A stretch of 64,000 nucleotides of DNA from Eledone cirrhosa (taxonomy: Eukaryota): assembly GCA_964016885.1 (NCBI GenBank), contig OZ024743.1, forward strand, positions 10,602,001-10,666,000, in the 5' to 3' direction. The notes beneath the pieces are model-generated. The model saw nothing but the letters and a program-made list of their open reading frames with translations, had not been told where the DNA came from and did not search any database. The translations under genes and the position numbers were made by a program. Shown here piece by piece: positions 8,363 through 21,619 of this stretch; the first letter of the stretch is position 1; every line of letters begins with the position of its first letter.

Positions 8363-9952
8363 TAAAATCATGTTGCCACTATTGCTGCACATACATAAAA
8401 CCTACCTATAACTTGCCATGTAACAATAGGTGTAAAACAACTTTAGCTTCTGTACCCATCTATGTAACCTGTTTTTGTAGCAATGGTGTACTGCTGCATT
8501 TAACTATTCTCTGTGTGTAAAAGGGTAGTGAAGTACCAACAAACATTGTTGATATTACTGCAGAAAAAGGTGTAACAATATCTACTGTAACTACTCATGA
8601 TGCCACATTAATTTCTTGTATATCACTTGATATACTTCTATCACTTTTAATGCAGTTCATCACATACCAATATAAATATGACTGTAATAAGGTCTCATAC
8701 TGATATTGCAACAAACTACCCAAGTGTAACAAAAGTTGTAGTAGTATTTAATACAGCAAGTGCAACTCTATAGCTAGGAGTGTATCAATAACTACACTAA
8801 GTGTAATACTCTATGTAAGTGTGTAGAGCAAACTGCAGTGTATAACAGCAACACTGTTACTACAACCTTCTATACTATAGTGTAACACTAGTTGGTAAAA
8901 GTACTAACATTGCTAGTGTACCACTCTATCTAGTAGTGTAACAATAGCTGCAGTAACTACTACCCCTCCCACCTTCACCTTGCCACACTACTGCCACACC
9001 AAAGCACCAATCTCTGCTGCTCACTGCTCTATTGTACCAGTCTTGTCTTCCCCTGCCACACTATCAATTATGCAGCAAAATATGCTGAATAAGCCCGGAA
9101 TAACCAAATCAATAGAACTAAATGATTTTGTGCTGAGTGAAGAGGGAAGGAAAGAGTTTCTAGAACTGCAGTGTTGATGTTACAGTTGTTGTTGTTTTCC
9201 TTGATTTTGGAGTTGATGCTGCTACTGTTGTTATTAATAATGTTTAGATTATTGCTGGTGTACTATATACTTTTGTTGTTGCATTGTTGTAACTAACTAT
9301 TGTTGCTGATGGTTGCTATTGTTATTTCTTAGTGTTGTTGTTTCCTGTTCTTTCCTTTGTTACTTTTGTTGTTTTATATTACCACTGTTGGTATTTACTA
9401 CTGTTACAATTGTCATTCTTATTAAATATATTATTGTTGGTTGATATTGTTGATGTTGTGGTTATTATTAATATTTTTGATATAGTTACTCTTTGAGGTG
9501 TAACAGATCTGAGTTCAAATCATATTGAGGTCAACTTTGATTTATCAATTGTCAATAAATTAAGTAAGAATAATTCTGTAATAAATAAAGAAATATAACA
9601 GTCTGGGACTAAATACACTAAAATATTTAATTTCATTCTTATAACTTCTTCGTTCAAATCTTAATGTAATCACCTTGGTGATAGATTGATCGAATCATTA
9701 GAGTGCCAGACAAAATGCCTTGCAGCTATTTAGTTACTGCCCTTTATATTCTGAGTTTAAATTCTGCTGAGATCAATATTGCCTCTATTCTTCTGTGATT
9801 GATAAAATTAAATAACAATCAAGTACTGAGGTCCATATATGTGTACATATGTGTATACATATATACAATGTATCCTAGTTGTGAATGGAATTATAATAGA
9901 AGACAAGACCTTCACCTGCAGCAATATTATATGTACTTATTATTAGAATAGA

Positions 9953-10560
9953 CATCATCATCATTTTAATGGCTGCTTTCCCTGCTAGCAAGGGCTGAAC
10001 AGATCTACATAGACCAAATCAGTACTGAAGCAGAGTTACTGATCTCCCAGAAAAGTCAGAGATCTACATCTCCCTTACATATGATCTCACATTCTACTAA
10101 TTGCATATGAGAGGTTGTTATGCCTTTGGCACAGCTGAAGGGTCCTCCCAACCCTTTATTTGGCAATATTTCTGTGGCTCAATGCCCTTTCTGTCACCAG
10201 CCACTTTTCTGCATGTACTAGGTGCATTTATTGTGTAGATCACCAACACTAAGGAGGCTGCTCTGTCTTCGACATGGCTGAAGGATCTCCCCACTCTTCG
10301 TTTGGCCATCTTTCTACAGCTGGATGCTCTTCCTATCACCAACTACTTTACAATATGTACTGGGAGTTTTTATCATGTAGATCACCAACACTATGGAGGC
10401 CATCATGTCCTTGATATGACTGACGGGGCCTTCCAGCCTTTGGCAAACTTTCTAAAACAGGATGCCCTTCTTATCACCAACCACTTTACAGTGTGTACTG
10501 GGTGTGTTTGTCACCAACACTAGAGAGACTGCCATACCGTGGCACAACTAAAGGATCCTC
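9953..10560 (-). mobile_element. RTE-tailed non-autonomous element with ~3 diverged body repeats
   Basis: (CAT)n + TTTCCCTGCTAGCAAGGG tail; three GGATGCCCTTC...ACCAACCACTTTACA...ACTGGG-like units. Confidence 0.6.
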
Positions 10561-10739
10561 TCAAACCCCATTATTCTCTTTTTCATGCATTTTTTATAGG
10601 GGTTTTGACTGGAACATTCCACCAGTACTCTTTCATATTATGCATCTTTTCTATGGATTGCATTGTATAGTGTTTTGGCCACTAAATCATGCCTCATAGG
10701 CAGATAGTACCATGATGACATCTTTGGATAGCTGTTACT

Positions 10740-11000
10740 CTGTGAAATTAATGTGCAAGTGGCTGAGCATTCCAGAGATATGCATACCCTTAACATAGTT
10801 CGCAGGGAGATTCAGCATGACACAAAATGTGACAAGGCTAGCCCTTTGAATTACAGGTAGAACTCCTTCTGCCAGCTGAGTGGACTAGAGCAATGTGAAA
10901 TAAAGTGTCTTGCTCAAGGACAGAACGCGTAGCCAGGAATTGAACTTATGACCTTACAATTGTGAGCCGAATATCCTAACCTCACAGCCATGTGCCTTCA
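10740..11000 (-). mobile_element. tRNA-headed CORE-type SINE (body type 2)
   Basis: Minus strand GGCACATGGCTG...AGTTCAATTCC head, then CCTTGAGCAAGACACTTTATTTCACATTGCTCTAGTCCACTCAGCTG CORE-like block. Confidence 0.75.
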
Positions 11001-11415
11001 CACACATATAGATAAGTGTGTGTGCATGTGTGCCTTTGTGTGTGTATGCGTGTGCATGTATCTTTGTGTGTATATTAATATTGTCACACTGCTTGGCTTT
11101 TGTAGCAATTATTTCCCTTTCATTGTTGTATTTAGATTTACCATTCTTGGTTCCATGTTCAAATTCTCTTTGAATTCACTATTGGAATTCATTCCCCTGG
11201 GTTTCACCTGGCACAATATTGGATTTCATTCACACATCTTAAGACATTTTCTCTGGAAATATACCTGACTACGTGCTTCATTAAAAAATTATTAACAAAT
11301 CTTTCCTTGCATTTCTACAGATTCCAGCTTTTGATGTAGCTATTTCAAGGCTACTATCTTCTCTTATAACTTTCTTCGTGGCTATGGCAGATCAATTAAT
11401 TACTGGATCATCATA

Positions 11416-11498
11416 TCAAAGACACTTGAAAATATGGTTGTTTTCATTATTGATGCTGCTTCCTTTGAGTAGATCTGGTTCTTCTTGCTTGTATAGAC
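11416..11498 (-). CDS. Candidate terminal coding exon of an unknown host gene
   Basis: Strong acceptor TTCTTTTTCATCCTTTATTTTCTTGTTGTAG|GT; reads (G)LYKQEEPDLLKGSSINNENNHIFKCL* after a phase-1 intron; in frame with the candidate exon at 40314-40476. No homology recognised. Confidence 0.3.
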
Positions 11499-12910
11499 CT
11501 ACAACAAGAAAATAAAGGATGAAAAAGAATAAATAACTATTCATCCCATACACCATTGCAAGTAGAAGTGAAATATCTAAGTAAATAGAGTAATGAATTA
11601 CCAGCTCATCAATGTTGTGATACTATTCTATGGAAGCATAGTTTCTCATTTCTTCATATCACAGATTTTGGACCTTACCACTGAAAAACCTATGAACATC
11701 AAGGATTAGAAAACTTAAATAGTTTTTACTTATGCCATAAAGAGAATTAGCTGGTATTGTTGAGTTGTTTGCAGAACATATATTCCTAGTGTCTATATGT
11801 TCTTGTTTAGCTCCAGGTTATCTGTAGTTGAGCATACCTATGATCAAATGAACACCAACCAGGGCCATTTCATTTTTTATTCATAGGGTATTTAAAACTA
11901 TATTATCCAATGTGAATTATATTATTGAGGGAAAGATTAGGAATAATCTTTTAAATTACTTGATGTGAAGAAGTTTGAGAATATTTTCCCATACTCTCTC
12001 TATGCAATATGTAGACACTTTGCAGTGCAAATCCTTGGTAAACGAGTCCAGGAATATATATTGGGTCCATGTCTTTAAATAATCAAAGTCCAGCAATGTC
12101 ATTTTAACATTACTTCATAAACAGAGTTATTATTTCATAAATTCTGACAATGTCTGAAACTGTTAAACTAATTCAAGTTTTCCTGCAAATTATGTTGTAA
12201 AGGAAAGATTCATCTCAATTTTGACATAAATCAGTCATTCTTAAGATAGAAAATTACTCAAAGACAGTTGTCTCTACTGACACATAGAAAAGGTACTAAT
12301 TGCTTTGAACAACCAAAAGAATTACTCAAGTAGAAGAATTTGCAATGAAACCAAGGCACTTGGAATTGATGTTTAAATGAAGCAAATATATATTTCATAT
12401 AAAAACTTAGACCTTTTTATTTTTTTATGTAATTGTTGCAGTGCATGCTCCATCTAAAGGCATTAGTGATTCTGTTATGGGAAAGCTTTTCAAATGATTT
12501 TTGTAAAGAAATGTATGGAAATTAAAGGAGAAAGAAATATTTTGTCTTTTTTATTAGCCCCCACTACACCAAATAATTTTAGCTATAACTTGCCATCTTT
12601 TATGTTTGTTCACTAGATGTAAATAAACTATAGGGGCCATGGATAGTTTAGTGCATCTCTTCAGGCATTGTTTGCTCACAATTTTCTTAGCATGTTTTTA
12701 ATAAAATTTTGCAAGGATACATTTTGGAATGTGTTAATTACGATTGAGGTGAAAATATCAATTATTTTGTATGCAATTCCTAGGTGTTGAAATGGCAATA
12801 TATTCCTGCTGTTATGCTCTAAATATCATGTAAGATATCCAACAGATTCAAAATATCTAAATCTAGGATTGGAAATCGTCTGTAGAAATTGGTTTCTGTT
12901 TCAGTTGAAT

Positions 12911-14020
12911 ATCATCATCATCATTATCATTACTGTTTAACATCCAGTTTTCTACGCTAGCATGGGTTAAATGAATTGTTCCATTATGAGCCAAGCCAGA
13001 CCAGATGACCATGTCTTGCTCATACAGAACAGATTAGGGTGTGGTTTCTATGGATGGATACCCTTCCTAATGCCAACCATATTTACAGTGTGTGCTGGCT
13101 GCTTTTATTCATGACACCTGCATGAATACTTTACTGTATGGGCTGGGCCCTTTTTGTCTTGACTCTGACATGGCCACTTTAGAGTGTGAGCTGGGGACTT
13201 GGATGGGGGGAAGTGCTTGGAGATTGGGTTGTTCTAGGACATGGGTGGAGTGTTAGGGTTTGGGTGGGGTGTTATAGCATGGGGGGAGTGTTAGAGCATG
13301 GGAGATGCATGGAATGGGTGGAGGGGAAGGTGGGTCTTCTGCATAACATCAAAGATCTTGGTCCTGTGTCATCATCTTTGAGAAGTACAATTGTGCAAGG
13401 TCAGTTTTTATCACCTCAATCCAAGTCTTCCTAGGTCTTCCTGCTCACAACTTTAAGCACTCTGCACCTTTTTATACAGTTGTCATCCATCATATGCATC
13501 ACATTTCTATACCAGTACAATCTCTTCTCCTGCACATTGTATTTGATCCCACTTATTCCCAGTTTATCTCTCAACTCATTTATACTCTGCTATTCATGTA
13601 TTTTATATTACACATCCATATTTCTTTCCAAGCTTTGCAGATCATCTGCACACAGTGCCCAGACTTCACGACCATGCAACATTGCTGTTCGTATATAGAC
13701 ATCATACAATTTGCCCTTCATTTTGAGGGAAAATACCTTTTGTAGCTAGCAATGGTATGAGATCCCTGAACTTTTTCCATCCTGTTTTCACTCTGGCTAC
13801 TGTACTTACAAAATACCCACCTCTACTAGTGATTTGGGCACCTAGATAGCAGAAGCTGTCTTCTGTTTCTATGAAACCTTCCAAGAATTTGATAATGCTT
13901 GTTTCCTATGGGTGTTTGCTGCTTACTGCTCCTCTGCAAAGGTCACATGTAAAACCTATGTTCTAAGCTAACCTATCTGAGATCCCGCTACATTTCTTCT
14001 GTACCCATACTTCACATTTG
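12911..14020 (-). mobile_element. Older RTE copy (PHD remnant to 3' tail) with long 3' UTR
   Basis: ORF 13702..13884 EDSFCYLG...GWKKFRDLIPLL; tail (CAT)n...CTACGCTAGCATGGGTT at 12911-12970. Confidence 0.82.
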
Positions 14021-14354
14021 GGATATATATATATATATATAAATATGCATGTATGAGTGTGGAATTATATAGAAGATTCAGATCTCATAACCTTAGTTGT
14101 CCTCGAAGGAAGAACTCAGTATTTACAAGAAAATAAATAGATAAGTTTATTTATTCATTTCCTTACAACATAGCCACAATGTTTCAGCAAAGAGTGAAAT
14201 AAAATTTATTGGATATGTGGTGATAGCATTAACAGATATTGACCCAAATATTTAATATTCTTGTAGTAGTAAGAAACTATATTAATGGGATAAACTATTT
14301 CATTCCTTATATCTTTGTATTTGTAAGTCTTCAGGTTTTGGTTTAGAGGCATTT

Positions 14355-14710
<356 letters not shown>

Positions 14711-16559
14711 TTGTTTCTGCCTGACCATCTACATATATTGATATGTAAGTCAGCATTCACACTTTGTAGTATATAATTGGCTCTTTCAAAGACACATATG
14801 TATATTTTTTCTTATATACACACACATGAAATTTCAACTGACAACAAGCTTATAAGAGCAGACAGCATGAAATGAACTAACAAATAGAAGCAAAAGCCAA
14901 AAGGTTGGCAGTGCTCCAGCATGGTTATAATATTATCGTATAAATTTCCTACCGAATGAAATATCAGGAAATTATGCATTAACATATATGCACAAATACT
15001 CACATGCATAAATGCATAACTAAATAGATATTTATACATTTATATATACAACATTTCTTCAAAAGAAGTGATTTATACTAAATTCATTTACCTAACAGAA
15101 AAAGAAACATTATGCTGATAAGTAAAGTTGTACTGCATATATCATTTGTCCTAAAAAAAATATTGTATACTTAACACACTAACATTATGGTAATAATCTA
15201 GAGAGTGAGGTTCTATATAGAAATTTGACCTGTATGGAGCAGTCTATTCAACGATTTTTATTGTGTTTCATGGTGTCAAAGTGGAATAATTTTTAATGTA
15301 TAAATAGTAGGACACAGCTACTTCATAATAATGATGGAAAGGCCACAGGCTAGAACCTTCTATGTCACGCTTCATTTCATTTAATCAGTTGCCATCATAC
15401 CATAGAATTTTTTGAAGTTTATGTTGGCCATATTTATCCAACAAGAACTACAACATCAGTTAGATTTTTTTTTTTTTTTTTTGGTTATGCTCTTTTATCA
15501 AATAGTTTACTTTCCTTTTGTATTTTCAGACACATGAATCAATTTGAGATTAATTTTTGGCATTCTAAAATAATTTTATGTAGAATTCAAATTAATTCAA
15601 TAAAGGGTAACTACTTGCCAACTATAGTTTTAGGTTTGTTTTCTGTATTTGTTTTATTTAACAATTCCAGTCTGTTTCTTGTTTTCAACATTATTTGTAT
15701 CCTATAATTGGAGCTATAGTGTTCCTGGATAAGCTACTAAACACTTCTTGTCTCATTTTATCAAACCAGGAAGGTAAAATCAGAGAAAATGAGATACATG
15801 ATGTGCAGAACTAAAATAACTAAAAAATGTCACTTGGAGACTTGTTTATAGAAACAAGATGGAATCCTCTTACATGAGATTAGGATGAAATAACTTTCCA
15901 TATTCCTGTAGGTTAGGATGAAATAGCTTTCCATATTCCTGTAGGTGTGATGACTAATCTATTTGTTTTTCTGACTTGTCTCAAAGATGGTTCTCCTGGA
16001 TGTTCAGTGTTACATATCATGGAATCAAAACTTAAAATACATTTTGGGATTAACTTTCATCAGGAAAAGAAGTTAAATCCAGGCTCTACCTTACATAGAA
16101 TCTGTCATATGCAGTTTGACAACAAATATTATCATGAACGCTACCTTGCTGTTCTAACCTACAATCATCCACACTATACCAGTAGGAAGCTGACCTTACT
16201 CATGACACTGAATTAAGATAGAGGGAAGATGGAAGAAATAGTGATGGATGAGAAGAAATTCAGCGCTCATTCAGGCCAAGACTTTTTGTAATACAGGTAT
16301 GATAAATGTAAAACCTCATGGTTCATTATTCATACTAACATTGTGAGAAAACATATCCAATGCCATTGTTAGAAAACATATTGAATGTCATTGTGAGAAA
16401 ATATATTGAATGCTACGTCATACATCAAGCATGTAACATCATTCATCAAACAAGCAGCCTCTCAAACACAAGACTTCCTCTTTAGAGTCAGAAAATTAGC
16501 TCTAGATACCAAACAAAGATCAAGTAAAATCCATATTACAGTACTGCTCATATATTTGG

Positions 16560-17020
16560 GCTGTTGCTGCTGCACAGAGGTAATCAACGGGAAGAGCATC
16601 AATGAAATAAACCTTTTCCAATCACATGAAGGATCCATAGAAGTGGTTGATAGCTTCTGCTATCTAGGTGACATAATTAGTAGTGGAGGAAGGTGCTCCA
16701 AGAGCATAATAGCTAGAACAAGGATAGGATGGAAGAAGTTTAGAGGGCTACTTCTACTGTTGACAACAAAAGGTTTCTCCCTATATACAAAAGGATGCCT
16801 ATATGATGCTTGTGTGTGAAGTGAGATACAACATGGTAACAAAACATGGGCAGTGATTGCAGAGGACATGAGTAGGCTGGAGAGAGGTGAAGCAAACATG
16901 CTTTGTTGGATGTGTTATGTAAATGTGAGAGAAAGTCTTAGATGAACTGAGGGAGAAACTGGGTTTAAAAGGAATAATAAGTAGTGTGCAAAAGAGAAGA
17001 CTTCGATGGTACAGGCAAGT
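16560..17020 (+). mobile_element. RTE ORF2 fragment
   Basis: GSIEVVDSFCYLGD...RIGWKKFRGLL...LYDACV...KRRLRWY. Confidence 0.88.
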
Positions 17021-17066
17021 GAAGCTCCCCCACCACCCATATATATATATATATATACATATATAT

Positions 17067-17630
17067 ATAAGAGGAATCAAATGCTGTATGCAGGAGAGGA
17101 GACTGTGCTGGTATGGACATGTGATGCGTATGAAGGATGACAGCTTCATAAAAAGATGCAGAGCACTAGAAGTCAATGGAAACCATGAAGTGGGGAGACC
17201 CAAGAAGACCTGGGATGAAGTGATGAAAGCCAACCTTACCCAATTGCACCTCTCAAGGGCGATGACACACGACCGTAACCTCTGGTGTCACACAGTAATA
17301 CAGAAGACCCGATTTCCCACGGGTACAAGCCGAAGCTGAAGCATATAGACTATATGCCCCCAGCCCCTCCCACTGCAAAGTGGTCATGGCAAAAAAGCCC
17401 CCAGCCCACACTATAAAGTGGATGTGTAGGCGCCACGGAAAAATAGTTCCCAGTACTCACTGTAAATGAGGTTGGTGTTAGGAAGAGCATCCAGCTGTAG
17501 AAATCAAGCCAGAATCAGTTCCCGTATGTGCAAGACAAGGTCATCCGACCAGACACTGCCCACAAACAGGACAACCCGTCTAACCCATGCTAGCGTGGAA
17601 GAACAGACATAAAACGGTGATGATGATGAT
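17067..17630 (+). mobile_element. 5'-truncated RTE-derived element with long SINE-like 3' UTR
   Basis: IRGIKCCMQERRLCWYGH...; same family as 5882-6480; flanked by (TA)n on both sides. Confidence 0.9.
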
Positions 17631-19034
17631 ATATATATATATAGTAATAATAAATGTGAAGACTAAAATCCGAAGAGGGCTCAATAAAGATTATCATTAT
17701 ATATACATATATGTATATATCTATATCCAAAATTAAGATAAATTAAATGAATTTAATCTAAATCAAAATTATGGATGTCATGCTAGAAAGACATGCGCCA
17801 TATCACCCGGAAAATAAGCTCTAAGATTCTAATGTTACCTACCTAGCTATGTGTGGTTACACACTTGTAAAAATTATCTCCTGTGATTATTCATGTTTAC
17901 ATATATGTATATAATATATATATACATACAATAATCAAACATATTATCCTCATCATCATTTAACATTCATTTTCCCTATATCACCATTATCATCATCATG
18001 GGTTAGAATGGTCATTATTAACCAAGTCAGTACTCCCTATCTTCTTAAATGGACCATTGTTTACATACATTCCAGTTTTATCAGCAATGTATACTCACCT
18101 CTGTTGTTTGGACTTAAAATGACCAAGTGATCATTTTACTTCATTTACTTTCTGCCTTATTTCATTTTTAATTCAATTTTTAATCAACTTGGATATATTC
18201 AATTACTTTTACAATTAAATATTTTGCAATCCTAAGTTTTTATAAATTTATCATTTATTATTATATATTTATTCAGCAGATAAAAAACAACTTTAGATCA
18301 TCTATATCAGTTTTTTACATTTATCAGTTAATATCATTATTTATCACTATTTTTTACATATCCAGTTCAATTCTTTGCTCCATGGCAGTAATGTAACATA
18401 TAATACTTTTATGTTCTTAATACATTGCTCCCTATCAAATACTTGCTTTCAAATGGCTTTAACATTTTCATAGTGTGTGTGTCTGTGTAAAGGGATGAAT
18501 GTGCACATATATGTATGTGTCTGTAAATGTGAATGTGTGTGTATGTATATGTTTGTGTATGTAGAAAAGTAAAAGCATGAACATGAAAAACATAACAAGA
18601 TAAGATGGATGAATGGGAGCACATTTGTATGAACAAACACACTTATGTCCATGAAATGTGCATATGTGTATGCATATATATATATATACATATGGTAACA
18701 GGATGTTCTTTTCTTACATACTCTTATGGCTACACACACACGTGTGTGTGTGTGCGTGTGTAGCCATGAGAGTATGTACATAGATACAAGCCTGCATAAA
18801 ATGGATCCATGTACAGATGTGAATGTAAAATAAAAATGAAAAGTAATGCACATAAAGTCACAGAAATGTTATTCCACCTTCAATCTACTTATTGAGAACA
18901 GATATTTATCTTCACAGCAACCTGTTTCCTTTCCTTATTCTTGCTTTTATTTTTACCTTTATACAACAAACCTATGCAAATATACAGCTGTATAACAATT
19001 AAGCATTGTTTATATTAACACACTGCCAATGTGT

Positions 19035-20735
19035 ACATCATCAACACAATTTAATGTCTATTTTTCCTTGCTTGCATGGGTTAGATGTATCATCCACATT
19101 ATGAGACAAGTCTGGCCAGTTGGCTGTGCTCTACCTTGATCAAATGGAACTGCATATTGGCTGTTTTTTTTTACAACTGGATGCCTTTTCTAGCACCAAG
19201 CTTGTTTGCAGTATGGAACTGGGTGGTCTCATTATGAGGAGGTATGGCTGTGCCATACCCTGCTCATAGCAGAACCATAGTTTGGGAGCTGCGTGGTCTT
19301 GTTATGAGTGAGGTCTGGCCAGTTGGCCATGCTGTACATTGCTCATAGTGGTACTGTGTTTTGGCTGTGTTTTTGCAGTTACTGGATTCCCTTCCTAATA
19401 CCAACCACGTTTACAACATTAGACTGGGTGGTCTTGTTTATAAGTCGATTCTGGCAAGTTGGCTACACTACGCGTTGCTCACAATGTGACCGTGACTTGG
19501 CTGCAAAACCTTTGTAACATCAACCATGTTCCATGTTTACACCAACTACGTTTATAGCGTGGAATTGGGTGGTTCTGTTATGAGTGAGGTCTGGGAAGTT
19601 GGCTGTGCTGTACATAGTGGGACCATGTTTTGGCTTGGTTTTTATGGTTGTTGGATGCCCTGCTAACCCAACCATGTTTACAGTGTGGAACTGGGTTGTA
19701 GCATTATGGGACAGGTCTCACCAGTTGGCCGTGCCATACCTTGCTCATAGCAGGACTGTATTTTGGCTAAGTTTTTCACTTGTATGCCTTTCCTAACACC
19801 AACCACATTTAGAGCGTGGCACTTGGTGTTCCAATTATGAGGCAAGCCTGGTCAGTTGGCCGCGCCTTTCCTTGTTCATAGCAGACTGCTTTTTGGTTGG
19901 GTTTTTATGACTGCTGGATACTCTTCCTAATTCTCAACCATGTTTATAATGTGGGACTGTGGTGGGGCAAGTAATGAGGTAAGTCTGGCTAGTTTACTGT
20001 GTCCTACCTTGCTCATAATGAAACTATATTTTGGCTGAAATCTTTTACAGCTGGATGCCCTTTTCTAACACCAACCATATTTACAGTGTGTATCTGGGTA
20101 TCACCATCATGATACAAGTCTAACCAGCAGGCTGTGCTGTACCTTGCACATAGCAAGATCATGTGTTAACTAGGGTTTTACAGCTGCTGGATACCCTTCC
20201 TAAGCACAGACTATGCTTATGGTGTGGGCTATACAAGGTTGTCGGCTCAGGTCTTCTGTCATATATCATAGCGCCAAAGGTCTCGGTCCTATGTCATCTC
20301 CCTCAAGAGGTTCAGCTATGCTAGTCAATCTTTATCATTTCATCCCACGTCTTCTTCTTCTAAGCCACCCAACAACTTTGAGCACCCTACACCTTTTTAT
20401 ACAGCTTTCATCCTTCATGTGCATCACATGTCCATACAATTGCAGTCTTCTCTTCTGCACACAGCATTTGATACCTCTTATGCCCAGTTTCATTCTCAGT
20501 TCATTTCCATTTCTCCATTCATGCATGTTACTATTACACATCTATCAAAGCATGCTGGCTTCATTTCTTTCCTATTTACATAGATCCTCAGCACACATTG
20601 CCTAGGTTTCACTTCCATTTAGCATTGCTATTTGCACACCAGTATCATACAACTTACTCTGAGCTTGAGGGAGAAACCTTTTGTAACTAGCAGCAGCAGC
20701 AGTTCCCTGAAAGTTTTCCACCCTGTCCTTACTCA
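19035..20735 (-). mobile_element. RTE-derived element whose 3' UTR contains a ~1.1-kb diverged tandem array
   Basis: ORF 20335..20541 LGIRGIKCCVQKRRLQLYGHVM; tail CCTTGCTTGCATGGGTTAG near 19066; about 9 units of ~130-140 bp in between. Confidence 0.8.
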
Positions 20736-21619
20736 CTATTGCCCAAAGATAGAACTATGAAACTCAGAGTAGTAGTTAAAAATTCTCTTTTGATTACATG
20801 GTACTATGTTTGAGCAATCCTGCAAAATATTGCCTTCTGAGAGCATTTCCTCAGGTCAACCAAAATTTTTCAGTGAAACTTAGTATATACAAATTGTGTA
20901 GAATCCTTTTGAATGTGAAATAGTAGAAGTTTAGGCAAAATGTCACTTTATGTGCAGGTCATATAGTCATATACTCAGGCTGATTTACATTCTTCTCCTG
21001 TGATAAAATAAACACTAAAGTACTGGCTGTAGTCCAATGATTGAGGCTAGCAAAAGAATAAAAGACTATTTTTTCCTAAAGCAGTCAATTCTATTCATTT
21101 TAAAGTGATTTGATTTGTCATTTATTGATTAACACTTCAAACTTATTTTTTCAACAAAAGCCTTTCACTGTAATTGAAAATGGCTTCCGTGTCTTGTGAA
21201 TTTAGGTTAAAATACTTTTTTGAAAATCATCCTAGGAATTTGAATTGAGACAAATGTTGCAAGACTACATTATTGAATATATGGCCACACAGTTTTAAGT
21301 TCAAACCTACAATCACTGTTTAATGATTGTGAGTATGCAATGCCCATATATCCTAACTGACTGATTAGTTCTAGCAAAAACATCAAGGCAAATTAAGAAT
21401 TAATTTAACAATATGAATACATCCAAATTTGCAAATTCCAAGCACCCAAAATACATCATCCTTGACTCACACAACTCCCCTCCTATTCTTTTGTTAAGAT
21501 GTCTTTCCTATCCTATGACTATTTTTGTTTCCTTTCATCTTGGTGTCTTTTGCATCATCTTGTCATAACAGTGAAAACCAGCCAAGATTTTCTCCTCTCT
21601 GTGTCACATTCTCTGTCAT

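Noticed and set aside
19098-20230. Retrozyme-type (hammerhead-containing) tandem array
   Set aside because: I could not find a CUGANGA/GAAA core in the units on either strand by eye.
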